A DNA stretch of 28,473 bases from an uncultured Gammaproteobacteria bacterium (GTDB taxonomy: Bacteria > Pseudomonadota > Gammaproteobacteria > Xanthomonadales > SZUA-36), in the NCBI GenBank assembly GCA_965363775.1, contig CBDTVF010000001.1, positions 1 through 28,473 of the forward strand, given 5' to 3'. This document shows positions 8,880 through 18,932 of this stretch, one piece after another. Both the position numbers and the translations under genes were made by a program. Within the stretch, counting starts at the first letter, position 1, and each line of letters begins with the position of its first letter. The notes under the pieces were generated by a model that was not told the DNA's origin, did no database searches, and saw only the letters and a list, made by a program, of their open reading frames with translations.

Positions 8880-9601
8880 CTGGAACACCTCATATCGAAG
8901 CCAGCAGGGGGGATTTTGCAGAAACGGTGCTGATGCCGGGCGACCCTCTGAGGGCACAGGCGCTGGCAGAAAAACATCTTGATAATCCCAGGCTGGTTAA
9001 CAGGGTGCGGAATATGTTCGGGTTTACCGGGACGTATAAAGGAAAGCCGGTTTCCATCATGGGGTCCGGCATGGGTATGCCTTCAATCAGTATCTATGCG
9101 CATGAACTGTATGACTATTACGGCGTGGAACAGATCATTCGAGTCGGTACATGTGGTGGTCTGTTGGCTGACATGCAAATCGGCGATCTGGTCATGGCCA
9201 GCGCAGCCAGTACAGACTCTGCCATGAACAGGCAACGTTTCAATGACTGGGATTTTGCAGCCAGCGCAGATTCTGAACTGTTACATAGCGTGCAGGAAAG
9301 AGCCATTCAAAAAGGTCTGAAAATCAGGACTGGCAATGTATTTGCTTCAGACTTTTTTTACCACCCGGATGAAGCTTTCATTGAAAAAATACAAAAAATG
9401 GGCATTCTTGCACTGGATATGGAATCGGCTGCCCTGTATGCACTGGCACATCAGCATGGTAAGCGTGCGCTGACGATACTTTCTGTCAGTGATGTGATTC
9501 CGACCGGTGAACAGGCTTCACATGAAACCCGACAGGATGCTTTCGGTACAGCAATTGAAGTGGTGCTCGAAGCCGTGCTTAAACCGGAAGCCGGTGAATG
9601 A
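8876..9601 (+). CDS. deoD: Purine nucleoside phosphorylase (hexameric DeoD type)
   Basis: TPHI, MPGDPLRA, VRNMFGFTG, GMGMPS, IIRVGTCG, DMESAALY; GAGG RBS. Confidence 0.96.
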   Translation: MTGTPHIEASRGDFAETVLMPGDPLRAQALAEKHLDNPRLVNRVRNMFGFTGTYKGKPVSIMGSGMGMPSISIYAHELYDYYGVEQIIRVGTCGGLLADMQIGDLVMASAASTDSAMNRQRFNDWDFAASADSELLHSVQERAIQKGLKIRTGNVFASDFFYHPDEAFIEKIQKMGILALDMESAALYALAHQHGKRALTILSVSDVIPTGEQASHETRQDAFGTAIEVVLEAVLKPEAGE

Positions 9602-10008
9602 GCGACACACAACAGGCCATCTCAAAATTATATAGCGCCGCGCACCAGGCCAGCGAGCAAGCCTACTCACCCTATAGTGGAGCAAAGGTGGGGGCCAGCG
9701 TGCTTGATAACGAGGGTAATATCCATACCGGTTGTAATGTTGAAAGTGCTTCATACGGCTTGACACAGTGTGCGGAACGTAACGCCCTGGCAGCGGCCGT
9801 CAACGCGGGTATGAAAGCAGGCAATGCCAATACCATACTGATTTATGCCACCGGTTTTGATGTTTTAGCCCCATGTGGAGCCTGTCGCCAGGTCATGAGT
9901 GAGCTGATGGCTGACAAGGCGTTGGTCATATCCTGTCGCAGTGAAACGGAATATCGCAGTTGGTCAATAGAGGAGTTACTGCCTGATCCTTTCATTTTAA
10001 GTGTATAG
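9598..10008 (+). CDS. cdd: Cytidine deaminase (homotetrameric type)
   Basis: AYSPYS, GCNVESASYGLTQCAERNA, PCGACRQ, ELLP; ATGA overlap with deoD. Confidence 0.95.
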   Translation: MSDTQQAISKLYSAAHQASEQAYSPYSGAKVGASVLDNEGNIHTGCNVESASYGLTQCAERNALAAAVNAGMKAGNANTILIYATGFDVLAPCGACRQVMSELMADKALVISCRSETEYRSWSIEELLPDPFILSV

Positions 10009-10092
10009 CGACAGTTCAATAAGTTTTACAATATAGCGTTCACAGGCTGCCGGTAGCAGCATGTCCCGATTAACAAACTTTGGGATTCAATC

Positions 10093-11196
10093 ATGTCTGG
10101 TCGACCTATTTCAATTTTCCTGTTTTTACTGACCGTGTTCGTGACTCAGCCAACGTTGGCGGACACTGAGTCCACGATGAGCAGTTTTGCAGACCTTGCA
10201 CTGGAGTGCGTACATCAGGAGTACCCCAACAAGATTTCACATGTCCTGTCCGGTGATCAGGATCTTGGGCCGCCACGCGAATTGACACCGGTGTTCTATG
10301 GATGTTTTGACTGGCATTCATCCGTGCATGGACATTGGTTGTTGACACGTCTGTTGCATCTATATCCGGATTCTGAATACGCTGTATCGATCGAGACCGC
10401 GTTGAATGAGAGCTTCAAGGCTGAAAATGTCGCGGTTGAAGTCCAGTATGTCTCACACGAACAACGAGCCTCTTTCGAAAGACCCTATGGTGTTGCCTGG
10501 TTGCTGCAGTTAACCGCCGAACTGCGTGAATGGGATGATCCACGTGCCAGGCAATGGCTGGCCATCCTGGAACCGCTGGAATCAGTTTTGGTGGGGAGAA
10601 TGGAAACCTGGTTGCGGAAACTGGCTTACCCTATCCGGATCGGCGAGCATGCACAGACGGCATTTTCTTTTGGCCTGTTTCTCGATTGGGCAAAGGTTGC
10701 CGGTCGCGAAGATTTTTTTGAACTTGTGAAAGAGCGCTCCACGGCATTTTACCTTCAAGACAGGAATTGCCCGTTGGCATATGAGCCAGGCGGACAGGAT
10801 TTTCTGTCACCCTGCCTGGCGGAGGCTGATCTGATGCGACGTATCATGACCGATGAAAAATTCTCGGTGTGGCTATCGGGTTTTATGCCGGTCATACCGG
10901 TTGACGGTAGTGGTGACTGGTTAGCACTGGCGGTGGTTACGGACCCAACCGATGGAAAACTGGCCCACCTCGATGGCTTGAATATCTCCCGTGCGTGGAT
11001 GCTGGAGGGTATGGCGGCAGGTTTGCCAAATACAGACCCACGAAGACCGGCTTTGCTCAATGCCGCTGCACTCCATAAAGCTTCCGGTCTTGCAGCAGTG
11101 ACAGGTGATCATTATGAAGGAGGTCATTGGCTGGGTAGTTTTGCAACTTACCTTCAGACATCAAGGGGTCTGGAAACACGGGTACAAACTGACTGA
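10093..11196 (+). CDS. DUF2891 family protein with signal peptide
   Basis: EYPNK, FYGCFDWHSSVHGHW, FERPYG.AWLL, DFLSP, HLDGLNISRAW, YEGGHWLGSFA. Confidence 0.85.
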   Translation: MSGRPISIFLFLLTVFVTQPTLADTESTMSSFADLALECVHQEYPNKISHVLSGDQDLGPPRELTPVFYGCFDWHSSVHGHWLLTRLLHLYPDSEYAVSIETALNESFKAENVAVEVQYVSHEQRASFERPYGVAWLLQLTAELREWDDPRARQWLAILEPLESVLVGRMETWLRKLAYPIRIGEHAQTAFSFGLFLDWAKVAGREDFFELVKERSTAFYLQDRNCPLAYEPGGQDFLSPCLAEADLMRRIMTDEKFSVWLSGFMPVIPVDGSGDWLALAVVTDPTDGKLAHLDGLNISRAWMLEGMAAGLPNTDPRRPALLNAAALHKASGLAAVTGDHYEGGHWLGSFATYLQTSRGLETRVQTD

Positions 11197-11253
11197 ACGT
11201 GAAGCAGAGGCGGATGTCTATTATTAATGATGATCGAAAAACAAGGCACATGT

Positions 11254-11267
11254 TTGATTTCGATCAA
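11254..11267. promoter_or_regulatory. FNR/Anr binding box
   Basis: Perfect TTGAT-TTCG-ATCAA; the -10-like TATTCT at 11290-11295 fits -41.5 class II geometry. Confidence 0.8.
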
Positions 11268-11320
11268 CAATTGGTATCTGTCAGTACGCTATTCTAGAAT
11301 TATTGTTGCTGGAGAAAACT

Positions 11321-11773
11321 ATGGCTACCTATCAGAGAATCCTGGTTGCAGTTGATTTGAGCAGTGAATCAGAAGTGGTTTTGCAAAAGGCCCAATTGAT
11401 TGCTGAACCGGACGCCGAAATGCATCTTGTCTATGTACAGGAGCCCATGGATAACGTTTACGTTGGCATCGTTCCACAAAGTGCAGCGTTCAGCGGTCTG
11501 GGTGATCTTGAGGCACAACTGGGTGAGGAACTGAAACAGAAACTGACGGCCCTGGGTGAGAGTTTCGCATTGCCTTCCGACCATCTGCATATCCTCAATG
11601 GCTCACCGGCACATGAGATTCATCGCTTTTCCCAAGAGCATGATACTCAGTTAATTGTTATTGGTACACATGGTCAAAAGGGACTTCAATTATTATTAGG
11701 GTCTACGGCCAACTCTGTACTGCACGGTGCAGGTTGTGATGTGCTGTCAGTCAGAATTGGTGCTGGTAATTAA
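11321..11773 (+). CDS. Universal stress protein (UspA family)
   Basis: YQRILVAVDLS, LIVIGTHG, LLGSTANSVLHGAGCDVLSVR; GGAG RBS before ATG 11321. Confidence 0.93.
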   Translation: MATYQRILVAVDLSSESEVVLQKAQLIAEPDAEMHLVYVQEPMDNVYVGIVPQSAAFSGLGDLEAQLGEELKQKLTALGESFALPSDHLHILNGSPAHEIHRFSQEHDTQLIVIGTHGQKGLQLLLGSTANSVLHGAGCDVLSVRIGAGN

Positions 11774-11811
11774 TCTCTCACCTCATCACGTCAGGCAAGG
11801 GTGAAGCGGGC

Positions 11812-12423
11812 TTGAATATCAAGGTATTGCTCTGGGTATTTGTTTTTCTGTCAGTTCTGCTGTGGTCCGCCATTGAACCTGCCGACAGGCTGACCTGGTG
11901 GATGGAAGTTATTCCAGCCATTGCCGGTTTTGCAATATTGCTTTTGACCCGCAAGCGTTTTCCATTAACAGAACTGCTCTATACTTTGATACTGATCCAC
12001 GCGGTCATTTTGATGATTGGCGGTCACTTTACCTATGCTGAAGTACCGATCGGTGACTGGTTGCGTGATCTGAGCGGTGGTGACCGTAACAATTATGACA
12101 AACTGGGCCACCTGGCACAGGGCTTTATTCCGGCGATCCTTACACGTGAAATCCTGATCCGGAACAAGGTGGTGTCATCTGCACGTTGGCTGACGTTCCT
12201 GGTGTTAAGTGTGGTACTTGCCTTCAGCGCATTTTATGAACTGATCGAGTGGTGGGCAGCCTTGCTCAGCGCGGAAGCGGCAGATGCATTTCTGGGAACA
12301 CAGGGTTATGTCTGGGATACGCAATCAGATATGCTGTGGGCACTTTGCGGGGCTATTCTGTCCTTGTTGACACTTTCCAGACTACACGACAGGCAGATCA
12401 GGGCACTGACCGAAAGATTCTAA
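11812..12423 (+). CDS. DUF2238 inner-membrane protein (YjdF-like)
   Basis: [45 protein letters not shown] start; multiple hydrophobic helices. Confidence 0.9.
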   Translation: MNIKVLLWVFVFLSVLLWSAIEPADRLTWWMEVIPAIAGFAILLLTRKRFPLTELLYTLILIHAVILMIGGHFTYAEVPIGDWLRDLSGGDRNNYDKLGHLAQGFIPAILTREILIRNKVVSSARWLTFLVLSVVLAFSAFYELIEWWAALLSAEAADAFLGTQGYVWDTQSDMLWALCGAILSLLTLSRLHDRQIRALTERF

Positions 12424-14321
12424 AAATCGCTGCCGGAAGCCGACTGGGTGATGTTGTTGGTCTTGAGTCGGTTGTTGATCTGTTCAAGTATGCCGGTTGC
12501 GTCCAGTTTTGCTATGGCCAGGCAGTCCTGTCTTGAACCGTGATCAATATAGAAATCAGGTATTCCGATGTTCAGGATGTTGTAGCTCATGCCGTTGGCT
12601 GCGAGTACCTCGTTCACACCACTGCCGGCGCCACCAATGACCGCATTTTCTTCCACAGTGACCAGCAGATTGTGACTGTTAGCCATATCGATAATGACAT
12701 CAGCATCAAGTGGTTTGACAAACCGCATATTGACCAGCGTTGCACCAATACGCGCAGCGACCTCAGTTGATGGTTCAAGACTGCTGCCAAATGCCAGTAT
12801 CGCGACACCGCTGCCTTTCTTCACGACCTCAGCCTTACCAATGGGTAGCAACTGCATATTTGCTTCCACGCTCTTGCCGGGCCCCTTGCCTCGTGGGTAT
12901 CTGACCGCTGCCGGTCCCTGATGTTTGTAGCCGGTATAAAGCATTTGCCGGCATTCGTTTTCATCGGTGGGTGCCATAATTAACATATTCGGGATACAGC
13001 GCAAAAAGCTCAAATCAAAAGTCCCGGCATGGGTTGGTCCATCTGATCCGACCAGGCCCGCGCGGTCAATTGCAAACAGGACGGGCAGGTTTTGCACGGC
13101 GACATCGTGGATAAGCTGGTCATAGGCGCGCTGCAGGAAGGTGCTGTAAATCGCTACCACTGGATGTGTTTGTTCACAGGCCATACCGGCAGCCAGGGTG
13201 ACAGCGTGCTGTTCTGCAATACTCACATCAAAATATCGTTCCGGAAAGCGTTGCTCAAACTCTACAAGACCAGAGCCTTCCCGCATCGCTGGTGTGATGG
13301 CCAGCAGGTTCTCATCGGTCTCTGCCATGTCACATAGCCAGCGACCGAAAACCTCGGTATAAGTGGGTGCTGGTTTGACGTCCGGAGTTGTCGGAACGAT
13401 GCCTGTTTCCAGGTTGAAAGGTGAAACGGCGTGGTACTTAATGGGATCCTGCTCTGCCGGTGGGTAACCCTTACCCTTGGCGGTAATAATGTGGAGCAGG
13501 TTGGGTCCTTGAACGGTTTGAATGGTTTGGAGCGTTCGCACGAGCAACGGCAAATCATGACCGTCAATCGGGCCAACATAGTTAAATCCAAACTCTTCAA
13601 ACAGCGTGCTGGGCATGATCATGCCTTTAACATGTTCCTCCCAACGACTCATAAAACGCCAGACCCGGGAATCCCTGTGCATCATCTGCTTGCTGCGCTC
13701 ACGGATGTTGGTAACGGTCGGTCCACTCATCATGCGGGCCAGTATTTTGGTGATGGCCCCGACGTTGGGTGAAATTGACATCTGGTTTTCGTTCAATACA
13801 ACCAGCATATTCGGATCCAGTGATCCGCCGTGATTCAGCGCTTCAAAAGCCATACCGGCAGTCATAGCGCCATCACCGATGATGGATACCACCCGTCGAT
13901 CGATTTTTCTGTTGCTTGATGCCAGGGTCATGCCCAGACCGGCGCTGATCGATGTGGATGAATGACCGACGCCAAAGGTATCGAACTCGCTTTCGCCACG
14001 TTTTGGAAATGGTGCCAGGCCGCCGGTCTTTTTTATCGTTTCGATACGGTCACGTCTGCCGGTCAAAATTTTATGCGGATAAGCCTGGTGGCCGACATCC
14101 CAGACAATCCGGTCGTGGGGTGTTTTAAAGCAGTAATGCAGGGCGACAGTGAGCTCTATGCAACCCAGGCCTGAGCTGAAGTGTCCACCACTTTTAGAAA
14201 CAGCTTCCAACAGGTAGCTGCGTAATTCATCGGCTACCTGTGGCAACTGCTCTTCATCCAGCTTACGTAAATCGGCCGGAATCGCTATTTGCTCAAGTAA
14301 TGGGTATTTCTCTTCGTTCAT
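12420..14321 (-). CDS. dxs: 1-deoxy-D-xylulose-5-phosphate synthase
   Basis: [59 protein letters not shown]. Confidence 0.98.
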   Translation of the reverse strand: MNEEKYPLLEQIAIPADLRKLDEEQLPQVADELRSYLLEAVSKSGGHFSSGLGCIELTVALHYCFKTPHDRIVWDVGHQAYPHKILTGRRDRIETIKKTGGLAPFPKRGESEFDTFGVGHSSTSISAGLGMTLASSNRKIDRRVVSIIGDGAMTAGMAFEALNHGGSLDPNMLVVLNENQMSISPNVGAITKILARMMSGPTVTNIRERSKQMMHRDSRVWRFMSRWEEHVKGMIMPSTLFEEFGFNYVGPIDGHDLPLLVRTLQTIQTVQGPNLLHIITAKGKGYPPAEQDPIKYHAVSPFNLETGIVPTTPDVKPAPTYTEVFGRWLCDMAETDENLLAITPAMREGSGLVEFEQRFPERYFDVSIAEQHAVTLAAGMACEQTHPVVAIYSTFLQRAYDQLIHDVAVQNLPVLFAIDRAGLVGSDGPTHAGTFDLSFLRCIPNMLIMAPTDENECRQMLYTGYKHQGPAAVRYPRGKGPGKSVEANMQLLPIGKAEVVKKGSGVAILAFGSSLEPSTEVAARIGATLVNMRFVKPLDADVIIDMANSHNLLVTVEENAVIGGAGSGVNEVLAANGMSYNILNIGIPDFYIDHGSRQDCLAIAKLDATGILEQINNRLKTNNITQSASGSDF

Positions 14322-14330
14322 CAGAATATT

Positions 14331-15221
14331 TTACCGGTCGCGGTCCACAGAATAAGTTGCAAGCCATTCAAGGGTGTCAGTTTCACCTGGTAAATGCTTC
14401 AGTTCATTCAGCGCCAGGTCGCGCAATTCATGCGCTCTTTTAATGGACTTATCCACACCAATGATGGCAGGAAAAGCAGGTTTTGACCTGGCAGCATCTG
14501 CCTGGCTGGGTTTGCCAGTTTTCTCGCTGGATCCAGTCACATCAAGCAGATCATCAAAAATCTGGAAAGCCAACCCTGTTAATTTACCATATCGGGCAAG
14601 TGCATCGTTTTGATCACTCGTGGCAGATGCCAGTAAAGCGGGTGCAACGGTACTTATCTGAATGAGTTCACCGGTTTTAAACGCATGAATATACTCAAGT
14701 TCTTCCTGGCTGATTTGTTGATCCAGACTGGCAAGATCCAGAACCTGACCACCTGCCATACCACTGGCTCCACAGGCCCGTGCAAGCCCCAGGATAATCG
14801 CAACCTGTTGTTTGGGTTTGGCGATGAGCAGCGGGTCCGCCGCCAGGATTTCGAATGCCAGCGCCTGTAACGCATCACCGGCAAGGATAGCAGTTGCTTC
14901 ATCGAATTTACGATGACAACTTAGTTGCCCGCGTCTGAGATCATCGTCATCCATGCTGGGTAAATCATCATGTATTAACGAATAGGTATGGATGAGTTCT
15001 ATCGCAACGGCGATGCTGTCAAGTGTGTTCTCATCCAGGTTCAGCGCACGTCCTGACGCATATACAAACAAGGGCCGGATACGCTTGCCGCCGGCAGTGG
15101 CAGAATAGCGCATAGCCTCCAAAAGGAGATGCGGGGTTCGCGCTGGCTCTGGCAGATATCCGGGAAGGATGCCTTCAAACCGTGTCTGCCAGGTCCTGAT
15201 AATGTCGGCGGTTTCAGGCAT
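14331..15221 (-). CDS. ispA: Farnesyl diphosphate synthase / geranyltranstransferase
   Basis: GGKRIRP, HTYSLIHDDLPSMDDDDLRRG, GMAGGQ, FQIFDDLLD; ATG 15221 overlaps the end of xseB. Confidence 0.95.
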   Translation of the reverse strand: MPETADIIRTWQTRFEGILPGYLPEPARTPHLLLEAMRYSATAGGKRIRPLFVYASGRALNLDENTLDSIAVAIELIHTYSLIHDDLPSMDDDDLRRGQLSCHRKFDEATAILAGDALQALAFEILAADPLLIAKPKQQVAIILGLARACGASGMAGGQVLDLASLDQQISQEELEYIHAFKTGELIQISTVAPALLASATSDQNDALARYGKLTGLAFQIFDDLLDVTGSSEKTGKPSQADAARSKPAFPAIIGVDKSIKRAHELRDLALNELKHLPGETDTLEWLATYSVDRDR

Positions 15222-15453
15222 CGGTTTCAAACGCTTTCAGTGATTCCTGGTCTTCGGTATTTGTCAGCTGTTCGACGGTTTGCTGCGCATGGTCGAGTGC
15301 CGACTGACATTGCCGGGTCAACTCTATACCATGTTTGAAGCCGGACAGGGATTCATCCAGTGAAAGACTGCCTTCTTCAAGATTCACAACCAGTTTTTCG
15401 AGTTCGGCCAGCGTCTTTTCAAAGTTGGGGCCAGCCTCAGTTTTTTTGCTCAT
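15214..15453 (-). CDS. xseB: Exodeoxyribonuclease VII small subunit
   Basis: FEKTLAELEKLVVNLEEGSLSLDESL..F..G; xseB-ispA-dxs order. Confidence 0.95.
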   Translation of the reverse strand: MSKKTEAGPNFEKTLAELEKLVVNLEEGSLSLDESLSGFKHGIELTRQCQSALDHAQQTVEQLTNTEDQESLKAFETDA

Positions 15454-15483
15454 AATCAGCGTTCCGGGTTTAGCGAAGCGACA

Positions 15484-16917
15484 CTAACGTACCGCACCGG
15501 CGGGGTCAACTATCTGTGGATGTTGTTGTGTCCGAATGTACCGTAACAAAGGGTGCCTTGGGTGCCAGTTCATCCGGATGTTGTTTTCCAACAGCCACGA
15601 TTCAAAGCTTACGCTGAAGCACCAATCGCCCATTGCCACTAACTCACCATCCAGTTTGCATAAAGGAATGCAGTCTCTTAACCAGGGGGGTATGTCGTTT
15701 GCCTGGAAAAGGTTTTTGAGACTTTTATGATGGGTTCCCAGGTCAATGACGGATCCTTCCAGATCAAGCCGGCAAAGGACCGATAATTCTTTACCTGGTG
15801 TAACTGATGCTTTCAACCCAGGCTGGTTTTCAGATCGTTTCCCTGTCTCAGTCCTTTGTTCAAATATGAGGAGCCCAATATCACTTCCTAAATCAATTTC
15901 ATTTTGCCCCGCTGGCCATTCAATCACGGGGCATGGCAAAACAGCGGGGTCAGGAAGCAGCCATAACTTTTGCTTATATAAATGCAAAGACGACCCAGCC
16001 CAATTTACGACGATGTTGGGGTTATGGTTCGCTTGTTTTACCTGCGAGTAAAAAGCCTCCAGTCGGTAGACCGGAATGGTCGGTATGCCTGATTGCTTCA
16101 TCCAGCGTCGCATGACCAGTTTGAACATCTCCGGGTCGTCAAGGAGTTGCGTTGTCATGTTCAAGATATATGGGTGAAGCAGATTTTGTCCGATATAGTC
16201 ATCTGGCAGCTTTTCCAGTAATTGCCGTGCACCAGTCATTGCCTTGCGGGTCAATAAAAGTCGTTTGCTGATCTCCGGCCAGCGTGTTTCCAATAATGGA
16301 ATGACTTCATGTCGTACAAAGTTGCGATCGTGATTCAAACACTGGTTTGAAGGGTCTTCTGTCCATTCAATATTATTCTTGTGTAAATAGTCCAGTATTG
16401 CGCTGTTGTGAAATTCCAGCATCGGCCTCTGTAACAGGCCACGGCCAAGGGCTCTGCTCTCAGGCATGGCTGACAGGCCATCTACGCCGCTGCCTCGCAT
16501 TAAATTCAACAGGAGTGTTTCAGCCTGATCGCCTGCGTGGTGAGCGGTTAACAGGCTGGTTCCCGGTGCAAGCAAAGCGGATATTGCCTCGTATCGCAAA
16601 TGACGGGCTTCCGCTTCCAGCCCCTTTCCAGAGCGGTTTTCCAGATTAATTTTCAGGCAATGCAGTTTTATTCTGTATTGCTTGCAGAATACTCCACACT
16701 GTTGTTGCCACTGATCGGCGTCATCGTGAAGACCATGATTAACATGTACGGCTGAAACCGGGGTGCCCAGCTGATCCTTGATGGTATTGAGCGCGTGCAG
16801 CAGTGCGGTGGAATCGGCTCCGCCGCTGAAGCCCACGATATAGGCATTTGCAGCGGGGAACGATTTGAGTATCTGCAGTAAACGCTCTGCAGTAAAAGTC
16901 AGGGTGCGATTGCTCAT
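15484..16917 (-). CDS. tilS: tRNA(Ile)-lysidine synthetase
   Basis: SGGADS PP-loop, HVNHGL, EAEARHLRY, AHHAGDQAET, EDPSN, RNFVR, LKNLFQ...IPPWLR. Confidence 0.96.
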   Translation of the reverse strand: MSNRTLTFTAERLLQILKSFPAANAYIVGFSGGADSTALLHALNTIKDQLGTPVSAVHVNHGLHDDADQWQQQCGVFCKQYRIKLHCLKINLENRSGKGLEAEARHLRYEAISALLAPGTSLLTAHHAGDQAETLLLNLMRGSGVDGLSAMPESRALGRGLLQRPMLEFHNSAILDYLHKNNIEWTEDPSNQCLNHDRNFVRHEVIPLLETRWPEISKRLLLTRKAMTGARQLLEKLPDDYIGQNLLHPYILNMTTQLLDDPEMFKLVMRRWMKQSGIPTIPVYRLEAFYSQVKQANHNPNIVVNWAGSSLHLYKQKLWLLPDPAVLPCPVIEWPAGQNEIDLGSDIGLLIFEQRTETGKRSENQPGLKASVTPGKELSVLCRLDLEGSVIDLGTHHKSLKNLFQANDIPPWLRDCIPLCKLDGELVAMGDWCFSVSFESWLLENNIRMNWHPRHPLLRYIRTQQHPQIVDPAGAVR

Positions 16918-16959
16918 CAACCGGAGAGATGATTGGATTTAGACGACCCTGGCACAGGC

Positions 16960-17916
16960 TCAGTCTTTGAATTCACCGATGGAAAGCAATCGCTGGTAGC
17001 GGTCTTCCAACAGTGATTCCGTTGTCAACTTATCGAGCTCTTCAAGTTGGGCGGCCAAACAATCGCCAACCTGTGTGGCTACCTTTTCCGGGTCCTTGTG
17101 CGCGCCACCCAATGGTTCCGGAATGACCTCGTCAACCAGGCCAAGATGCAGGAGTTTGTCTGAGGTGATGCCGAGTGCTGAGGCGGCATCTTCTGCCAGT
17201 GCCGCGTCATTCCACAATATGGTCGCGCAACCTTCAGGTGAGATGACGGAATATGTGCTGTATTGCAGCATATTGACACGGTCACCTACACCGATGGCCA
17301 GGGCACCGCCGGATCCGCCTTCGCCGATCACGGTGCAAATGACAGGCACAGGCAATCTGGACATGTACTTGAGGTTGGTAGCAATGGCTTCGGACTGTCC
17401 ACGCTCCTCTGCACCAACACCTGGATAAGCACCCGGCGTGTCAATGAATGTCAGTAAGGGAAGACGAAAACGCTCGGCCATTTTCATTAGCCGAAGTGCC
17501 TTGCGATAGCCTTCAGGTCTGGGCATGCCAAAATTCCTGAACACCTTGGCCTTGGTATCACGGCCTTTTTGCTGACCGATGACCATCACGGCACGACCGC
17601 GGAATCGGGCCAACCCCCCGACAATGGCGTGATCATCGGCAAATGCACGATCACCATGAAGTTCATGAAATTCATCAAACAGGTAGTCAACATAATCCAG
17701 TGTATAGGGCCGCAATGGGTGACGACTAAGCTGGGACACCTGCCAGGGTGTCAGGTCTTTGAAAATACTACTTAGTTTTTGCCGCATTTTTGCCTGCAGG
17801 CGCTGAATTTCTTCATCCAGGTTTAAAGCGTTATCAGAACCGACATTACGAAGTTCATCAATTTTCGCCTGTAGCTCAGCAATAGGCTGTTCGAAATCCA
17901 GGTATTTTGAATTCAT
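16960..17916 (-). CDS. accA: Acetyl-CoA carboxylase carboxyltransferase alpha subunit
   Basis: [49 protein letters not shown]. Confidence 0.98.
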   Translation of the reverse strand: MNSKYLDFEQPIAELQAKIDELRNVGSDNALNLDEEIQRLQAKMRQKLSSIFKDLTPWQVSQLSRHPLRPYTLDYVDYLFDEFHELHGDRAFADDHAIVGGLARFRGRAVMVIGQQKGRDTKAKVFRNFGMPRPEGYRKALRLMKMAERFRLPLLTFIDTPGAYPGVGAEERGQSEAIATNLKYMSRLPVPVICTVIGEGGSGGALAIGVGDRVNMLQYSTYSVISPEGCATILWNDAALAEDAASALGITSDKLLHLGLVDEVIPEPLGGAHKDPEKVATQVGDCLAAQLEELDKLTTESLLEDRYQRLLSIGEFKD

Positions 17917-17944
17917 GGCAATCTTGTTCCAGAGAAGAGCACAA

Positions 17945-17950
17945 ATTATA
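17945..17950 (-). promoter_or_regulatory. Possible -10 element of accA
   Basis: TATAAT on the minus strand about 29 nt upstream of the accA start; no good -35. Confidence 0.4.
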
Positions 17951-18013
17951 AACGCAAAGACCGTTGAGTTTACCCCGAGTTTTCACATCAACGGAGTATT
18001 TGTTATCTATCGA

Positions 18014-18889
18014 CTACACTACACCAACCTGGGCAGCTCTGGATTGGGGGATAAGGTCTCTGCTCCAGTGTTGAAATGCCCAGTCCCACAGATCTTTTAA
18101 CGAGAGGTTTGCAGGTGGGTTCTGACCCAGGAAATTCAATGCCTGGCCTACCGCATAGGCTGGATCCTGATTCTTGACCGGGTCTGCCTGCAGTTGTTTG
18201 CTTAGTTTCCTGCCATCGCTGGATACCACCACGGGCAGGTGCATATAGTCTGGAGATTTGAGACCCAAAGCCTTTTGCAGGCAAATTTGGCGGGACGTGG
18301 AATCAAGTAGATCTGCACCCCGCACCACCTGGGTGACACCCTGGAAGTCGTCATCGACCACCACCGCCAGTTGATATGCGATGAGACCATCTGCACGCCG
18401 GATGATGAAATCACCACCGATGTCAGCCGGGATTTCTGAAATTTGACCCTGTACTCTATCGGTAAAGACGCAGACATTAGGATCGACGTGAAAACGAACC
18501 GAACGTGGCTCCTTTCCGTCCCTGATGCCATTTCTACAGGTGCCTGGATAGACACCGGATTCCGGCAGGTCTTTACGTGAACATGCACAGTGATAGGCCA
18601 GGCCCATATCCTGCAACTGGTTTATCGTGTCGTTGTAAGCATCAAGTCTGCTGCTTTGATACAAAACCGGGCCATCCGGTATCATGCCGAACCTTTCAAG
18701 GTCCTGGGTAATACGGTCTGCACTGCCTGCTATTTCCCGGGGCGGGTCGATGTCTTCAATTCGGAGTAGCCAAATACCACCAGCAGTTCGCGCTTCAAGA
18801 AAACTGCCGACTGCCGATACCAGCGAACCGAAGTGCAGGTCACCCGTTGGCGAAGGTGCGAAACGACCAATAAGCCGATTCGAATTCAT
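18014..18889 (-). CDS. gluQ: Glutamyl-Q tRNA(Asp) synthetase
   Basis: GRFAPSPTGDLHFGS, RIEDIDPPRE, CACSR..YPGTCR, AYQLAVVVDD, RGADLL, KLSKQ; short, with no anticodon domain. Confidence 0.94.
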   Translation of the reverse strand: MNSNRLIGRFAPSPTGDLHFGSLVSAVGSFLEARTAGGIWLLRIEDIDPPREIAGSADRITQDLERFGMIPDGPVLYQSSRLDAYNDTINQLQDMGLAYHCACSRKDLPESGVYPGTCRNGIRDGKEPRSVRFHVDPNVCVFTDRVQGQISEIPADIGGDFIIRRADGLIAYQLAVVVDDDFQGVTQVVRGADLLDSTSRQICLQKALGLKSPDYMHLPVVVSSDGRKLSKQLQADPVKNQDPAYAVGQALNFLGQNPPANLSLKDLWDWAFQHWSRDLIPQSRAAQVGVV

Positions 18890-18932
18890 GGGCGCGAATT
18901 CATGGACGTGAACTCATCAACAAGTGGCGTGT

